A stretch of 43,317 nt of DNA. Source: Candidatus Saccharimonadales bacterium. GTDB taxonomy: Bacteria; Patescibacteriota; Saccharimonadia; Saccharimonadales; JANWIN01. The translations under genes were made by a program, and so were the position numbers. Shown here one piece after another: positions 28,561 to 36,995 of this stretch. The notes beneath the pieces are model-generated. The model saw only the letters and a program-made list of their open reading frames with translations. It was not told the origin of the DNA and searched no databases. Every line of letters begins with the position of its first letter. Within the stretch, counting starts at the first letter, position 1. The stretch is from positions 1 to 43,317 of the forward strand of contig JANWIN010000012.1 of assembly GCA_025449905.1 (NCBI GenBank), in the 5' to 3' direction.

Positions 28561-29994
28561 TTGAACGAAACAACTGAACTAACACACCTACCTTTATCTC
28601 CAGAGCATCTGGCCAACCCTGCATACTTACCAGTTGATGCTATTCCAGAATTGGCTTCTGCTCGCTTAATAGCTCGCCGAGATGCGTATGAAATTGTGGA
28701 GCAAAATCGTCAGCACCTGAGAGATGGGGACTTTAAGGCTGTATCAATTCCTGTAGATGCACTAGGAACGGCCCGTAGAGTAACACTTAATCGCCATATA
28801 TACGGTGAGGATAGCTCACAGGCAAGGGAGTCTTTTGAGGGTCTAATTTTAGATTCCGAACGCCTCCTAGGTGAAGCAGCCAGGAAAAATACTTATGAAT
28901 ATTTTAGGCCGACTAAACAAACTCGTGATACTCAATCTGGTGATTATCTATCCCATGGTCAATCAATCTCAGTTATGACTGAAAAAGGATTAACACCTGT
29001 TGCCGAAGCTGAAGAATTAGAACGCCGAATTAACGAATATGTTGAAGAAGCGACCTACAAAGCTATAGGAGGAATGGTTATTGACGAATCAGTTACGGTC
29101 AGAACAATATCTGAATGTACAGATTGGGCAATCGAAGCACACCGGCGCAATTCGAAGGGGGGACACGGTGGCTATGTGCCGGAAATTGAGAAATTCATGG
29201 TTCGAGATGTCAAGTTTGATCCTATTACGCATGATCGATATGAAGAACAATTGGGTCTCTCTGGCATTTTTATTAATCATGAAGTTATAACTGAAACACT
29301 AAGACGTCACAACATACAAAAAGAAAATATAAGTAAAACTGAAGTGCACAGTACTCAAATGTTGGCAGATAACGATCTCGTAGATTTTGTGGCTGAACTT
29401 GACGAAGTTGCTAGTGAAGTACATGGTTTAGATATTTTTCTCGGCGAAGTTTTAACAGAGGGGCAAACCAAGGACTACAATCATGTGAGGCAAGAAGCTG
29501 AAGGTCGCAGACAAAACCTTGCTCCTAAGCCAAAAAAGTTAGCTGAATTTATTATGGGGTTAGAGCTGGAGAACACTGATGAATGGGTGGCTCTAGGACT
29601 TGTCGAAGCGCGAGTTAAAGAAATGCTGTTCGATATTGCTGGTGAAGACTACTCAGCCGCATCAATTATATTCGATCAACAAACCGCTGCAGGTTTGCAG
29701 GAAGTAGCGTACCTACGCTCAAATGGTCTTATGGAAGAAGCTCAAACGCTTTTAGCTGACGTAAAAACACAAGCGCCAGCTCCCGGCTATTGTGGCGCGG
29801 GTAGCTGCGGACTAGAATCAATTAATCAAAATAGTAACGAAGCCAAAAAAATGAAAGAACTAGGCTTAGATTCTAAAGATGCGTTGAGGGACACAGAACG
29901 ACATTGTAGGGGATGCGGTAAAAAAGAAGTGGTTTATGATCTTAAGAGTAATAAAAAAGCCTGTCTTGCTTGCAATGCAACTGCCAAATTTTAA
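28561..29994 (+). CDS. Hypothetical acidic cytoplasmic protein with C-terminal CxxxxC and CxxC-x17-CxxC Zn-ribbon
   Basis: 477-codon ORF; TTG start 7 nt after GAGGG; YCGAGSCG, CRGC and CLAC; no signal peptide or TM; family not recognised. Confidence 0.8.
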   Translation: MNETTELTHLPLSPEHLANPAYLPVDAIPELASARLIARRDAYEIVEQNRQHLRDGDFKAVSIPVDALGTARRVTLNRHIYGEDSSQARESFEGLILDSERLLGEAARKNTYEYFRPTKQTRDTQSGDYLSHGQSISVMTEKGLTPVAEAEELERRINEYVEEATYKAIGGMVIDESVTVRTISECTDWAIEAHRRNSKGGHGGYVPEIEKFMVRDVKFDPITHDRYEEQLGLSGIFINHEVITETLRRHNIQKENISKTEVHSTQMLADNDLVDFVAELDEVASEVHGLDIFLGEVLTEGQTKDYNHVRQEAEGRRQNLAPKPKKLAEFIMGLELENTDEWVALGLVEARVKEMLFDIAGEDYSAASIIFDQQTAAGLQEVAYLRSNGLMEEAQTLLADVKTQAPAPGYCGAGSCGLESINQNSNEAKKMKELGLDSKDALRDTERHCRGCGKKEVVYDLKSNKKACLACNATAKF

Positions 29995-29996
29995 AT

Positions 29997-30599
29997 ATGA
30001 GTAAAATTGGGATTTTTAGCGGCAGTTTTGATCCGATCCATGGCGGGCATTTAGCTTTTGCTTTGAAAGCAGCTCAAGAAGCGAATTTAGATAAAGTTTA
30101 TTTTTTAGCTGAGCTAAAGCCACGCCGTAAAACTCATCCTACTCATTTTGCCCATCGCCAGCAATTACTAAAAATAGCCACTAAGCCATTTCCAAAACTC
30201 GGCGTTTTAGAATTGCCTGACAAAACATTTAGCACCAATAAAACCTTGCCCAGACTTAAGGCTAAATTTCAAGACGCTCAACTTTATATGCTTCTAGGCT
30301 CTGACTTAGCTAAGTATCTACCAAATTGGCCGCACATTGATTTACTTCTTGCTGACATGAAATTGATAATTGGGGTTCGAAAACTGGACAGTGTCCAAAA
30401 AGTTCAAAAAAATCTAGGCAAACTTAAAAAAGTCCCCAAAGGCTCATTAATTATTACTAGCCAGCTAAGTGATGTTTCTTCAAAACAAATTCGTGAATCG
30501 CTAAAGAAAAATAAACCTGCTCATGGCCAGCTGAAAAGCACCGAGACTTACATTAAGAAAAACTGGCTCTATTCGGCTATTTCAGCTGATAATTTATAG
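29997..30599 (+). CDS. nadD: Nicotinate-nucleotide adenylyltransferase-like
   Basis: IGIFSGSFDPIHGGH, LLGSD....LPNW, DVSSKQIR; ATG 29997 is 2 nt after the upstream stop. Confidence 0.88.
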   Translation: MSKIGIFSGSFDPIHGGHLAFALKAAQEANLDKVYFLAELKPRRKTHPTHFAHRQQLLKIATKPFPKLGVLELPDKTFSTNKTLPRLKAKFQDAQLYMLLGSDLAKYLPNWPHIDLLLADMKLIIGVRKLDSVQKVQKNLGKLKKVPKGSLIITSQLSDVSSKQIRESLKKNKPAHGQLKSTETYIKKNWLYSAISADNL

Positions 30600-32263
30600 T
30601 GGCTTTGCAGATATTCCAAATGCTTTTCCCGGAACTTTTTAAACTCACTCTTTTTAAGGCCGCTCTTCTTAATAAAGTGGCTAATTTTTTCACTTCCAAT
30701 ATAATGAGGCAACATAACATAAGCCGCGCCTTTGTCATATAACTCGGCAGCCTCTTCAGTAGTGTCGGCAGAGCATATGAACACAATATGCGGATTTACT
30801 TTCTCCAGCCAAGTAAGGATTGTGCTGTTCATTTTTAGGTCGGTAATTGTGGATACCAAAAGCTTACTGTGTTCTAAATTCAATTCTTCCAATAACTCAA
30901 TGTCGCCAACATCACCATAGACATAATTTACGCCGCTGTTTTGCAGGGAATCTATGACTTTGGGATCATAATCAACTACCAAGTAAGAACGGGTCATTTG
31001 TTTAAAAACCTTCAAAAACTCACTGCCGCCTTTTAAATAGCCAAATAAGACTAGGTCATAATGTTTCCTTTGCTCATGCTCATCACGCACTTTGTGCCTT
31101 TCAAACAAATGCAAATAGCTTTCAAAAAATTCATAAATTTGATCCGAGTAAGTAATCATATAAGTCGATATACCAATAGTAATTAGGCTAACGAGTGTTA
31201 CTAGTGAAACAACGGTTGAACCTACTTGCCCTTGCTGCTGGGCGAGCAGGATAATTATTAAGCCAAATTCACTTATTTGGGCTCCGGTCAGAGCCGTCTT
31301 AAAGCTGGTTTTTTTAGTGTAGCCGGACAGGCCCATTATCGTCATAACAATTAACGGGTTGCCAATTAAGACTGCCAGCGAAAAGATTAAGGCTTCTGGC
31401 AAAACTAGCACAATGTGTTCGACGGTTAAATGCGAGCCAAGCGCTATAAAAAACAGCACAATAAAAAAGTCACGCAGCGGCTTAAGCCTTGAGGCTGCTT
31501 CTTGGGCATAGGGCATTGAAGCTAACATAACCCCAGCTACCAACGAACCGATTTCTAACGAAAATCCGGCCTGCTTAAACAGAGCCGCTAAACCTAACCC
31601 CCAGCCAATCGTAAACAAAAACAAAAATTCTTGACTGCGCTCGATTAAAGACGTTAAACGTTCCAGAACCAGTTTTTTAAATGCATATAATACGCCAATT
31701 AAAAGTATAATTTTATAACCCAGTGTCAAAGCATCACTAATAGAAAAACCGTTATCTTTAGCCCCGGCAACAAAAATTAGAATTGTAGCGGCAATCAAGT
31801 CCTCGACCAATAAAAAGCCGACTGAAATCTTGCCATATAAGCGTTTTTCCTCGCCCTTATCGCTCAACAACTTCAAGATAATAATCGTGCTGGAAAACGA
31901 CATAGCGATACCAATTAAAATGGCGGTTTTGTTGTTATAGCCAAAGAAGTGAGCCAAGCCGAAACCAACACTTGTAGCTATGATGAACTTAAAAACCGCA
32001 ATTTGGGCGGCCAGCTTGCCAATTTCTTTAATAACCTTTGGGTTTAGGCCAAGACCAATAATTAAAAGCAGTAGAGCGATACCAAAATCGCTAAAAATAC
32101 TGAGATTTTCAGGCGAATCAATGATATGGACAATGGCTGGCCCAACAATTACACCGGTTAATATATAGCCGATTATCATTGGCTGTTTTATCAGCCGCAT
32201 AATTAAGCTGATTCCAACCCCAACAGCAATAACCAAGCTTAATTCACTAAACGTGCCGTGCAT
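30569..32263 (-). CDS. CPA2/Kef-type cation:proton antiporter with C-terminal KTN (TrkA-N) domain
   Basis: About 13 TM helices, FSSTIIILKLL, LLVEDL, PLRDFF..LFF, QISEF, VDYDP...YGD. Confidence 0.92.
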   Translation of the reverse strand: MHGTFSELSLVIAVGVGISLIMRLIKQPMIIGYILTGVIVGPAIVHIIDSPENLSIFSDFGIALLLLIIGLGLNPKVIKEIGKLAAQIAVFKFIIATSVGFGLAHFFGYNNKTAILIGIAMSFSSTIIILKLLSDKGEEKRLYGKISVGFLLVEDLIAATILIFVAGAKDNGFSISDALTLGYKIILLIGVLYAFKKLVLERLTSLIERSQEFLFLFTIGWGLGLAALFKQAGFSLEIGSLVAGVMLASMPYAQEAASRLKPLRDFFIVLFFIALGSHLTVEHIVLVLPEALIFSLAVLIGNPLIVMTIMGLSGYTKKTSFKTALTGAQISEFGLIIILLAQQQGQVGSTVVSLVTLVSLITIGISTYMITYSDQIYEFFESYLHLFERHKVRDEHEQRKHYDLVLFGYLKGGSEFLKVFKQMTRSYLVVDYDPKVIDSLQNSGVNYVYGDVGDIELLEELNLEHSKLLVSTITDLKMNSTILTWLEKVNPHIVFICSADTTEEAAELYDKGAAYVMLPHYIGSEKISHFIKKSGLKKSEFKKFREKHLEYLQSHYKLSAEIAE

Positions 32264-32335
32264 ATTCCACCCAAGTCTTCCTGCCTATCATCTTACATGT
32301 TATTCTAGCTAGGATAAGCATTTTGCGCTAGGACT

Positions 32336-32848
32336 ATGAAATTTTATTTACCGCTATCTGAAAAAAGAAAAACCCATCCCCGGAAGAATATTAAAAGCCT
32401 TAAAGCTAAGGCTAATGAAAAACGCAACACAGCTGAGAAAATTGCTGATTGGTTGACTTCATACTTCGGTAGCATTACATTCTTACTTTTAAATGTTGTT
32501 TTTTTTGGAGTCTGGATTGTCATTAACACCGGCCATACTTCGGTTGAACCTTTTGATGAATTTCCATTCAACTTCCTTACTATGGTTGTTTCGCTTGAAG
32601 CAATCTTTTTAGCCATTATCGTGCTAATATCACAAAACCGCGAATCAAGAGTTGGTGAACTTCGCGAAGAGATTGATTTGCAAATAAATACTATTGCCGA
32701 GGAAGAAACCGCCAAAATCCTGGAGCTTTTAATTATGATAGCTGAAAAACAAGGGGTTGAAGTCAGCTATGACGACGACCTTAAACGACTAATGACTACC
32801 AGTAAAGTAACAATCGAACGCGAAGTCGAAAAAGAACTAAACAACTAA
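32336..32848 (+). CDS. DUF1003-like membrane protein
   Basis: KIADWLT..FGS, WIVIN, FDEFPF.FLT.VVSLEAIFL...VLISQNR. Confidence 0.88.
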   Translation: MKFYLPLSEKRKTHPRKNIKSLKAKANEKRNTAEKIADWLTSYFGSITFLLLNVVFFGVWIVINTGHTSVEPFDEFPFNFLTMVVSLEAIFLAIIVLISQNRESRVGELREEIDLQINTIAEEETAKILELLIMIAEKQGVEVSYDDDLKRLMTTSKVTIEREVEKELNN

Positions 32849-32861
32849 ACAATTTTTCTTA

Positions 32862-33032
32862 TTGACAAGCATAAGCCATTTTGAGATTATTGGCGTACCT
32901 AGTGTTTGCACGCGAGAGCAGGCCTAAGAAACAAAAATAAATTTAAAAGACTAAAGTATTGAGAGTTTTAGTTTTGGGAGATCGGCAACAATGCCAATTA
33001 AAATAAAAATTTGTAATTCAAGGAGACAAAAA
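32862..33032 (+). promoter_or_regulatory. Promoter with about 135-nt structured leader or sRNA, and strong SD
   Basis: TTGACA-N17-GATTAT (TGa extension); hairpins GUUUGC/GCAGGC with a GCGA loop, AAGACUAAA/UUUAGUUUU and GGCA/UGCC; AAGGAG at 33020-33025. Confidence 0.5.
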
Positions 33033-33083
33033 GTGGAAGTCAAAATTCGTCGGCCTCGCTGGCAACAATTCATCCAGTATTAG
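33033..33083 (+). CDS. Candidate 16-aa small ORF MEVKIRRPRWQQFIQY
   Basis: AAGGAG-N7-GTG...TAG; ends 6 nt before the convergent DsbA stop; below the ORF-track cutoff. Confidence 0.45.
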   Translation: MEVKIRRPRWQQFIQY

Positions 33084-33089
33084 TCAATA

Positions 33090-33713
33090 TCACTGACTAT
33101 TGGCGGCTATTGCTTGTTTAATGGCTGCTTCAAATTCTTTAACACTAGTCGGCCTAGGGTCCATTTTTTTACCATCCAAAAAGAATGTTGGCGTACCATC
33201 CACCCCCAAATCTACACCGGCTTTTTGGTCGGCATTGATTACGGCATTTACCGCTGAACTATCAAAGTCTTGCTTAAACTTTGTGATGTCCAACCCTAGA
33301 CTTTTAGCATAGGCCTCAAAAACTGAGTAAGAATCAGAAATGCTTGACCAGCTTTGTTGATTGGCATACAGCAGATCGTGCATTTCCCAAAACTTGCCCT
33401 GTAAGCTGGCCGCTTCAGCAGCCCGGTGCGCGGCAAAAGCATTTTGGTGTTGCGGCAGGGGAAAACTGCGAAACTGAAAATGGATGTCATTTTTAAAATC
33501 TTCTTTTACCTGCTTAACTATCGGGAAATAGCTGCCGCAAATGGGACACTGAAAATCGCCGTACTCAACTAGCGTGACATTTTTAGTACCTTTGCCAAAA
33601 ATATGGTTTGACGGTTGAGCATCTCCAGAAGAACTATTATTACCGGCCAACCAAAAGATTAATCCCAGCCCCACCACACATGCTGCAAGTATTCCCAAAA
33701 ACTTCTTATTCAC
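33090..33713 (-). CDS. Membrane-anchored DsbA/BdbD-family thiol-disulfide oxidoreductase
   Basis: EYGDFQCPIC, FPL, GKFWEMHD, GVDGTPTFF; N-terminal TM helix. Confidence 0.93.
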   Translation of the reverse strand: MNKKFLGILAACVVGLGLIFWLAGNNSSSGDAQPSNHIFGKGTKNVTLVEYGDFQCPICGSYFPIVKQVKEDFKNDIHFQFRSFPLPQHQNAFAAHRAAEAASLQGKFWEMHDLLYANQQSWSSISDSYSVFEAYAKSLGLDITKFKQDFDSSAVNAVINADQKAGVDLGVDGTPTFFLDGKKMDPRPTSVKEFEAAIKQAIAANSQ

Positions 33714-33762
33714 TTGTTCTATCTTACTAGATAAAAGGGCGGATTTAAAATATCATGATTAT

Positions 33763-34860
33763 ATGCTTACGTTTGTATCGTTAGTTATTTTAGTCTTGAT
33801 TGTTCTTATCTCGATTTCTCTTAAAAAAATCTATAAAAATATGCCGGCTCATGAATTAAAGCGGCGTGCCCAAGGTGGTGATTCATTAGCCAAATTGCTG
33901 CATCGAGCGGCTGCCTATGGCGCCAGCCTGACAATTCTACTTTGGTTAATTATTGGCTTAAGTTCTGCCGGCTTTTTTGTTTTACTATGCAACTCTGTGC
34001 CAGCTTGGGCAGCCTTTCTTATTTCGCTGCTGCTGCTGTGGGTGGCTTTTGCCTGGTTGCCGAAAACTCGGGTTACTAAAGCTAGTGAATATTTAGCACG
34101 GGCGCTGACGCCGCTGGTGGCTTGGCTGCTACGGCAGTTTCAACCGCTGTTAAGCCGCATTGAGCTATTTATTCATGATCATTTTAGATTGAATGTTCAT
34201 ACCGGCATTTATGAAAAAGAAGATTTATTACAGCTGCTTAAAAATCAAAAAGGCCAGCTCGATAACCGTCTAACTAAGCAGGAACTACAAATTACTAAAG
34301 GGGCACTAACCTTTAGCGATAAATTAGTGCGCGACGTTATGACGCCCCGGGGTCAAATAAAAATGGTTAAAGCCGACGACGCCATCGGCCCGGTGCTTTT
34401 AAGTGAGCTTCATGACAGCGGTCATTCACGGTTTCCGGTTTACGCGGACAAACAAGACAATCTGGTCGGTATATTATATTTACATGACTTATTGGATGTC
34501 CAAGATGGTCGTAGTGTCCGCCAACTAATGAAAAAGCGGTTGTATTACGTCAATGAAGAACTGCAGCTGGACCACGTTCTACAAGCGATTATAAAAACCA
34601 AACACCAGCTGTTTGTAGTAGTTAATAGTTTTGAAGAAGTCGTCGGCGTAATAAGTATTGAAGATATTTTGGAGCAAATTATTGGTCAGCCAATAATGGA
34701 TGAGTTTGATAAGTATGAAGATTTAAGGGAAGTTGCCCACTTGGTAGCAGCAGAAGACGCAAAGTCCCGTAGCGATGCCGTGGAACCGGCAAGTGAAGAA
34801 AAACCCCAAGATGATAAACTCAAACCAGAATCTGAAAAGACGAAGCTCAAAGAAAAATAA
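33763..34860 (+). CDS. CNNM (DUF21) plus CBS-pair protein (TlyC/CorC-like)
   Basis: N-terminal TM helices, VRDVMTPR, GHSRFPVY, GVISIEDILEQIIG..I.DEFD. Confidence 0.9.
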   Translation: MLTFVSLVILVLIVLISISLKKIYKNMPAHELKRRAQGGDSLAKLLHRAAAYGASLTILLWLIIGLSSAGFFVLLCNSVPAWAAFLISLLLLWVAFAWLPKTRVTKASEYLARALTPLVAWLLRQFQPLLSRIELFIHDHFRLNVHTGIYEKEDLLQLLKNQKGQLDNRLTKQELQITKGALTFSDKLVRDVMTPRGQIKMVKADDAIGPVLLSELHDSGHSRFPVYADKQDNLVGILYLHDLLDVQDGRSVRQLMKKRLYYVNEELQLDHVLQAIIKTKHQLFVVVNSFEEVVGVISIEDILEQIIGQPIMDEFDKYEDLREVAHLVAAEDAKSRSDAVEPASEEKPQDDKLKPESEKTKLKEK

Positions 34861-34903
34861 AATTGTACCAAATCGTGACGATCGTCACGATTTGGTACAA
34901 TTT
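34860..34903. repeat. Perfect 44-bp palindrome (22-bp arms, no spacer)
   Basis: AAATTGTACCAAATCGTGACGA|TCGTCACGATTTGGTACAATTT, checked base by base. Confidence 0.97.
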
Positions 34904-34924
34904 CGGTTGGCTTATACTAATAGA

Positions 34925-36958
34925 GTGAAATTGAACGACTCAATTACTGAAGTTAAAGGCGTCGGACCGGAGGCAGCTAAAAAGTTAAACAACCTAGGCC
35001 TAAAAACGGTCAACGACCTGATTAATTACTATCCTCGCCGTTATGATGATTACTCTGAAGTCCTGCCCATCGCCAAGATTATGCCCGGCACAGTTTCTGT
35101 TCGGGCTAAGATATTGCAAGTCAAAGGCCGTTATGTGCGCCGCGGTATGCATATTACTGAAGCCGTAGCTTCTGATAAAAGCGGTAGCGTTAAACTGGTT
35201 TGGTTCAACCAACCCTACCGCGCCGCTAGCATTAAACCCGATGCTGAATATTTTATATCGGGCCAGTTTGAACTTAACTATCGCCGTTTGAGCATTATGA
35301 ACCCATCGATGGAATTAGTGAGTTTGTTCCCGGTTAGCACCGCGCGGATAGTGCCTATTTACCCAGAAACCAAAGGTATCAAGTCACTTCAGATCCGAAA
35401 AATTATGAAAAATATAATGCCGTCTATAAAGGCGTTGAAGGAATCGCTGCCATCATGGCTAATAGTTGAGCATGGTTTGATTAGCCGAGCTGAAGCGTTA
35501 TTGGCAATACATTTTCCAGAAAACGGCGATGAACTAACTAAAGCTAAAAAACGCCTGGGATTTGAAGAGGTTTTTGAATTAACCCTAGCTAGTCTTTTGA
35601 ACAAGTATCAAATAGCTGATGAGACAGCGCTTAAGATTCCTTTTAATGAAAAGCTAGCCAAAGATTTTGTTAAACATTTAACTTTTAAATTAACCGATTC
35701 CCAGCGCAAAGCCATCTGGCAAATATATAAAGACTTGGAGAGAACTCAGCCAATGAACCGATTACTAGAAGGCGACGTTGGCAGCGGTAAGACAGTCGTA
35801 GCTACTATGGCGGCGTTGATGGCCATGGAACAAGGTTTTCAGGTAGCTTTTATGGCGCCGACCGAACTTTTGGCACGGCAGCACGCTAATACTATTCACC
35901 GATTACTTGAGCCGCTTGGTTATGGAGGGCAAGTTAGTCTGCTAATTGGTGGCCTAACGCCCAAACAAAAAACCGAGGCTCATCGACGTATTAAAGACGG
36001 CTCTATCCGACTTATAATTGGTACACATGCCTTAATTGCCGAAAAGGTAAATATGCACAAGCTGGGACTAGTCATAATTGATGAACAGCACCGCTTTGGG
36101 GTTGAACAGCGTAAAAAATTGCAAGCCAAAGCCGGCCATGCTTTGCATGTTTTAAACATGACGGCCACGCCGATTCCGCGCAGTTTGGCACTAACTCTTT
36201 ACGGTGAACTAGACATTTCAGTTATTGATGAAAAGCCTGTTAATAGAAAGCCAATAATCACCAAACTAGTTTCACCAACTGACAGACTGAAGGTATATGA
36301 AAAAATTAAAAAAGAACTTAGCGGTGGTCGCCAGATGTTCATCGTTACTCCTTTAATAAGTGACTCCGATGTTTTAGATGTTGCCTCAGCAGAAAAAACT
36401 TTTGAAGAAGTCCAAAGCGACTTTTCAAACTACAAAGTCGGCCTGCTGCACGGACGCTTAAAAGCTGAGGATAAAGCCAAAATTATGCAAAAATTTGTCG
36501 ATGGCGAACTAAATATTTTAGTCAGCACTACAGTAATTGAAGTGGGCGTTGATGTGCCCAACGCGGCGGTAATGCTAATTGAAAACCCTGAACGCTTCGG
36601 GCTGGCTCAAATACATCAGCTGCGCGGCCGGGTTGGCCGTAGTTCAGATCAAGGCTACTGCTATCTAATGTTGGACGGCAATCAGCCTCCAAGCCAACGT
36701 CTGCGAGCACTAGAAAGTAATAGTGACGGCTTTAAGCTGGCCGAATTGGACCTTGAACTGCGTGGTCCCGGAGCCATTTATGGCACACTTCAACACGGGC
36801 AGCTAGATTTACGGATCGCCAAACTCACAGACACCAAACTTATTGCCCAAGCCCGAGCCTCCGCTCAAAATTTCATCGATAAAAAAGAAAGTCTGAGCCA
36901 ATATCCAGCATTGCATAAAAATGTTTCAGCCCTTCAGGCTGTAACCACCCTTAACTGA
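34925..36958 (+). CDS. recG: ATP-dependent DNA helicase RecG
   Basis: VKGVGP, YYPRRY.D, GDVGSGKT, DEQHRFG, MTATPIPR, HQLRGRVGR, DLELRGPG; GTG 34925 lies 6 nt after TATACT. Confidence 0.97.
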   Translation: MKLNDSITEVKGVGPEAAKKLNNLGLKTVNDLINYYPRRYDDYSEVLPIAKIMPGTVSVRAKILQVKGRYVRRGMHITEAVASDKSGSVKLVWFNQPYRAASIKPDAEYFISGQFELNYRRLSIMNPSMELVSLFPVSTARIVPIYPETKGIKSLQIRKIMKNIMPSIKALKESLPSWLIVEHGLISRAEALLAIHFPENGDELTKAKKRLGFEEVFELTLASLLNKYQIADETALKIPFNEKLAKDFVKHLTFKLTDSQRKAIWQIYKDLERTQPMNRLLEGDVGSGKTVVATMAALMAMEQGFQVAFMAPTELLARQHANTIHRLLEPLGYGGQVSLLIGGLTPKQKTEAHRRIKDGSIRLIIGTHALIAEKVNMHKLGLVIIDEQHRFGVEQRKKLQAKAGHALHVLNMTATPIPRSLALTLYGELDISVIDEKPVNRKPIITKLVSPTDRLKVYEKIKKELSGGRQMFIVTPLISDSDVLDVASAEKTFEEVQSDFSNYKVGLLHGRLKAEDKAKIMQKFVDGELNILVSTTVIEVGVDVPNAAVMLIENPERFGLAQIHQLRGRVGRSSDQGYCYLMLDGNQPPSQRLRALESNSDGFKLAELDLELRGPGAIYGTLQHGQLDLRIAKLTDTKLIAQARASAQNFIDKKESLSQYPALHKNVSALQAVTTLN

Positions 36959-36995
36959 TTAGAATTTTGAGGTTCTCTCTGTTACAATCTGCGTA

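Noticed and set aside
28561-29994. 477-aa orphan as a ribonucleotide reductase or MetE because of the riboswitch
   Set aside because: No NPCxE, glycyl-radical, di-iron ExxH pair pattern or MetE HxC...PDCG motif recognised.
10022-29996. Longest-ORF starts at 10022, 14955, 19047, 26588 and 29970
   Set aside because: Each extension overlaps a neighbouring gene or promoter; family motifs and promoter or SD positions favour 10124, 14886, 19002, 26624 and 29997.
32895-32935. c-di-GMP-I riboswitch suggested by a GNRA hairpin and GGCCUAA
   Set aside because: The GGCAAAC...GACGCAAAG core and P1 pairing are absent; kept only as an unclassified structured leader.
34775-34924. 50-aa N-terminal extension of RecG in the ORF track
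   Set aside because: Overlaps the CBS gene and runs through the palindrome; RecG similarity starts at GTG 34925, which has a -10 at leaderless spacing.
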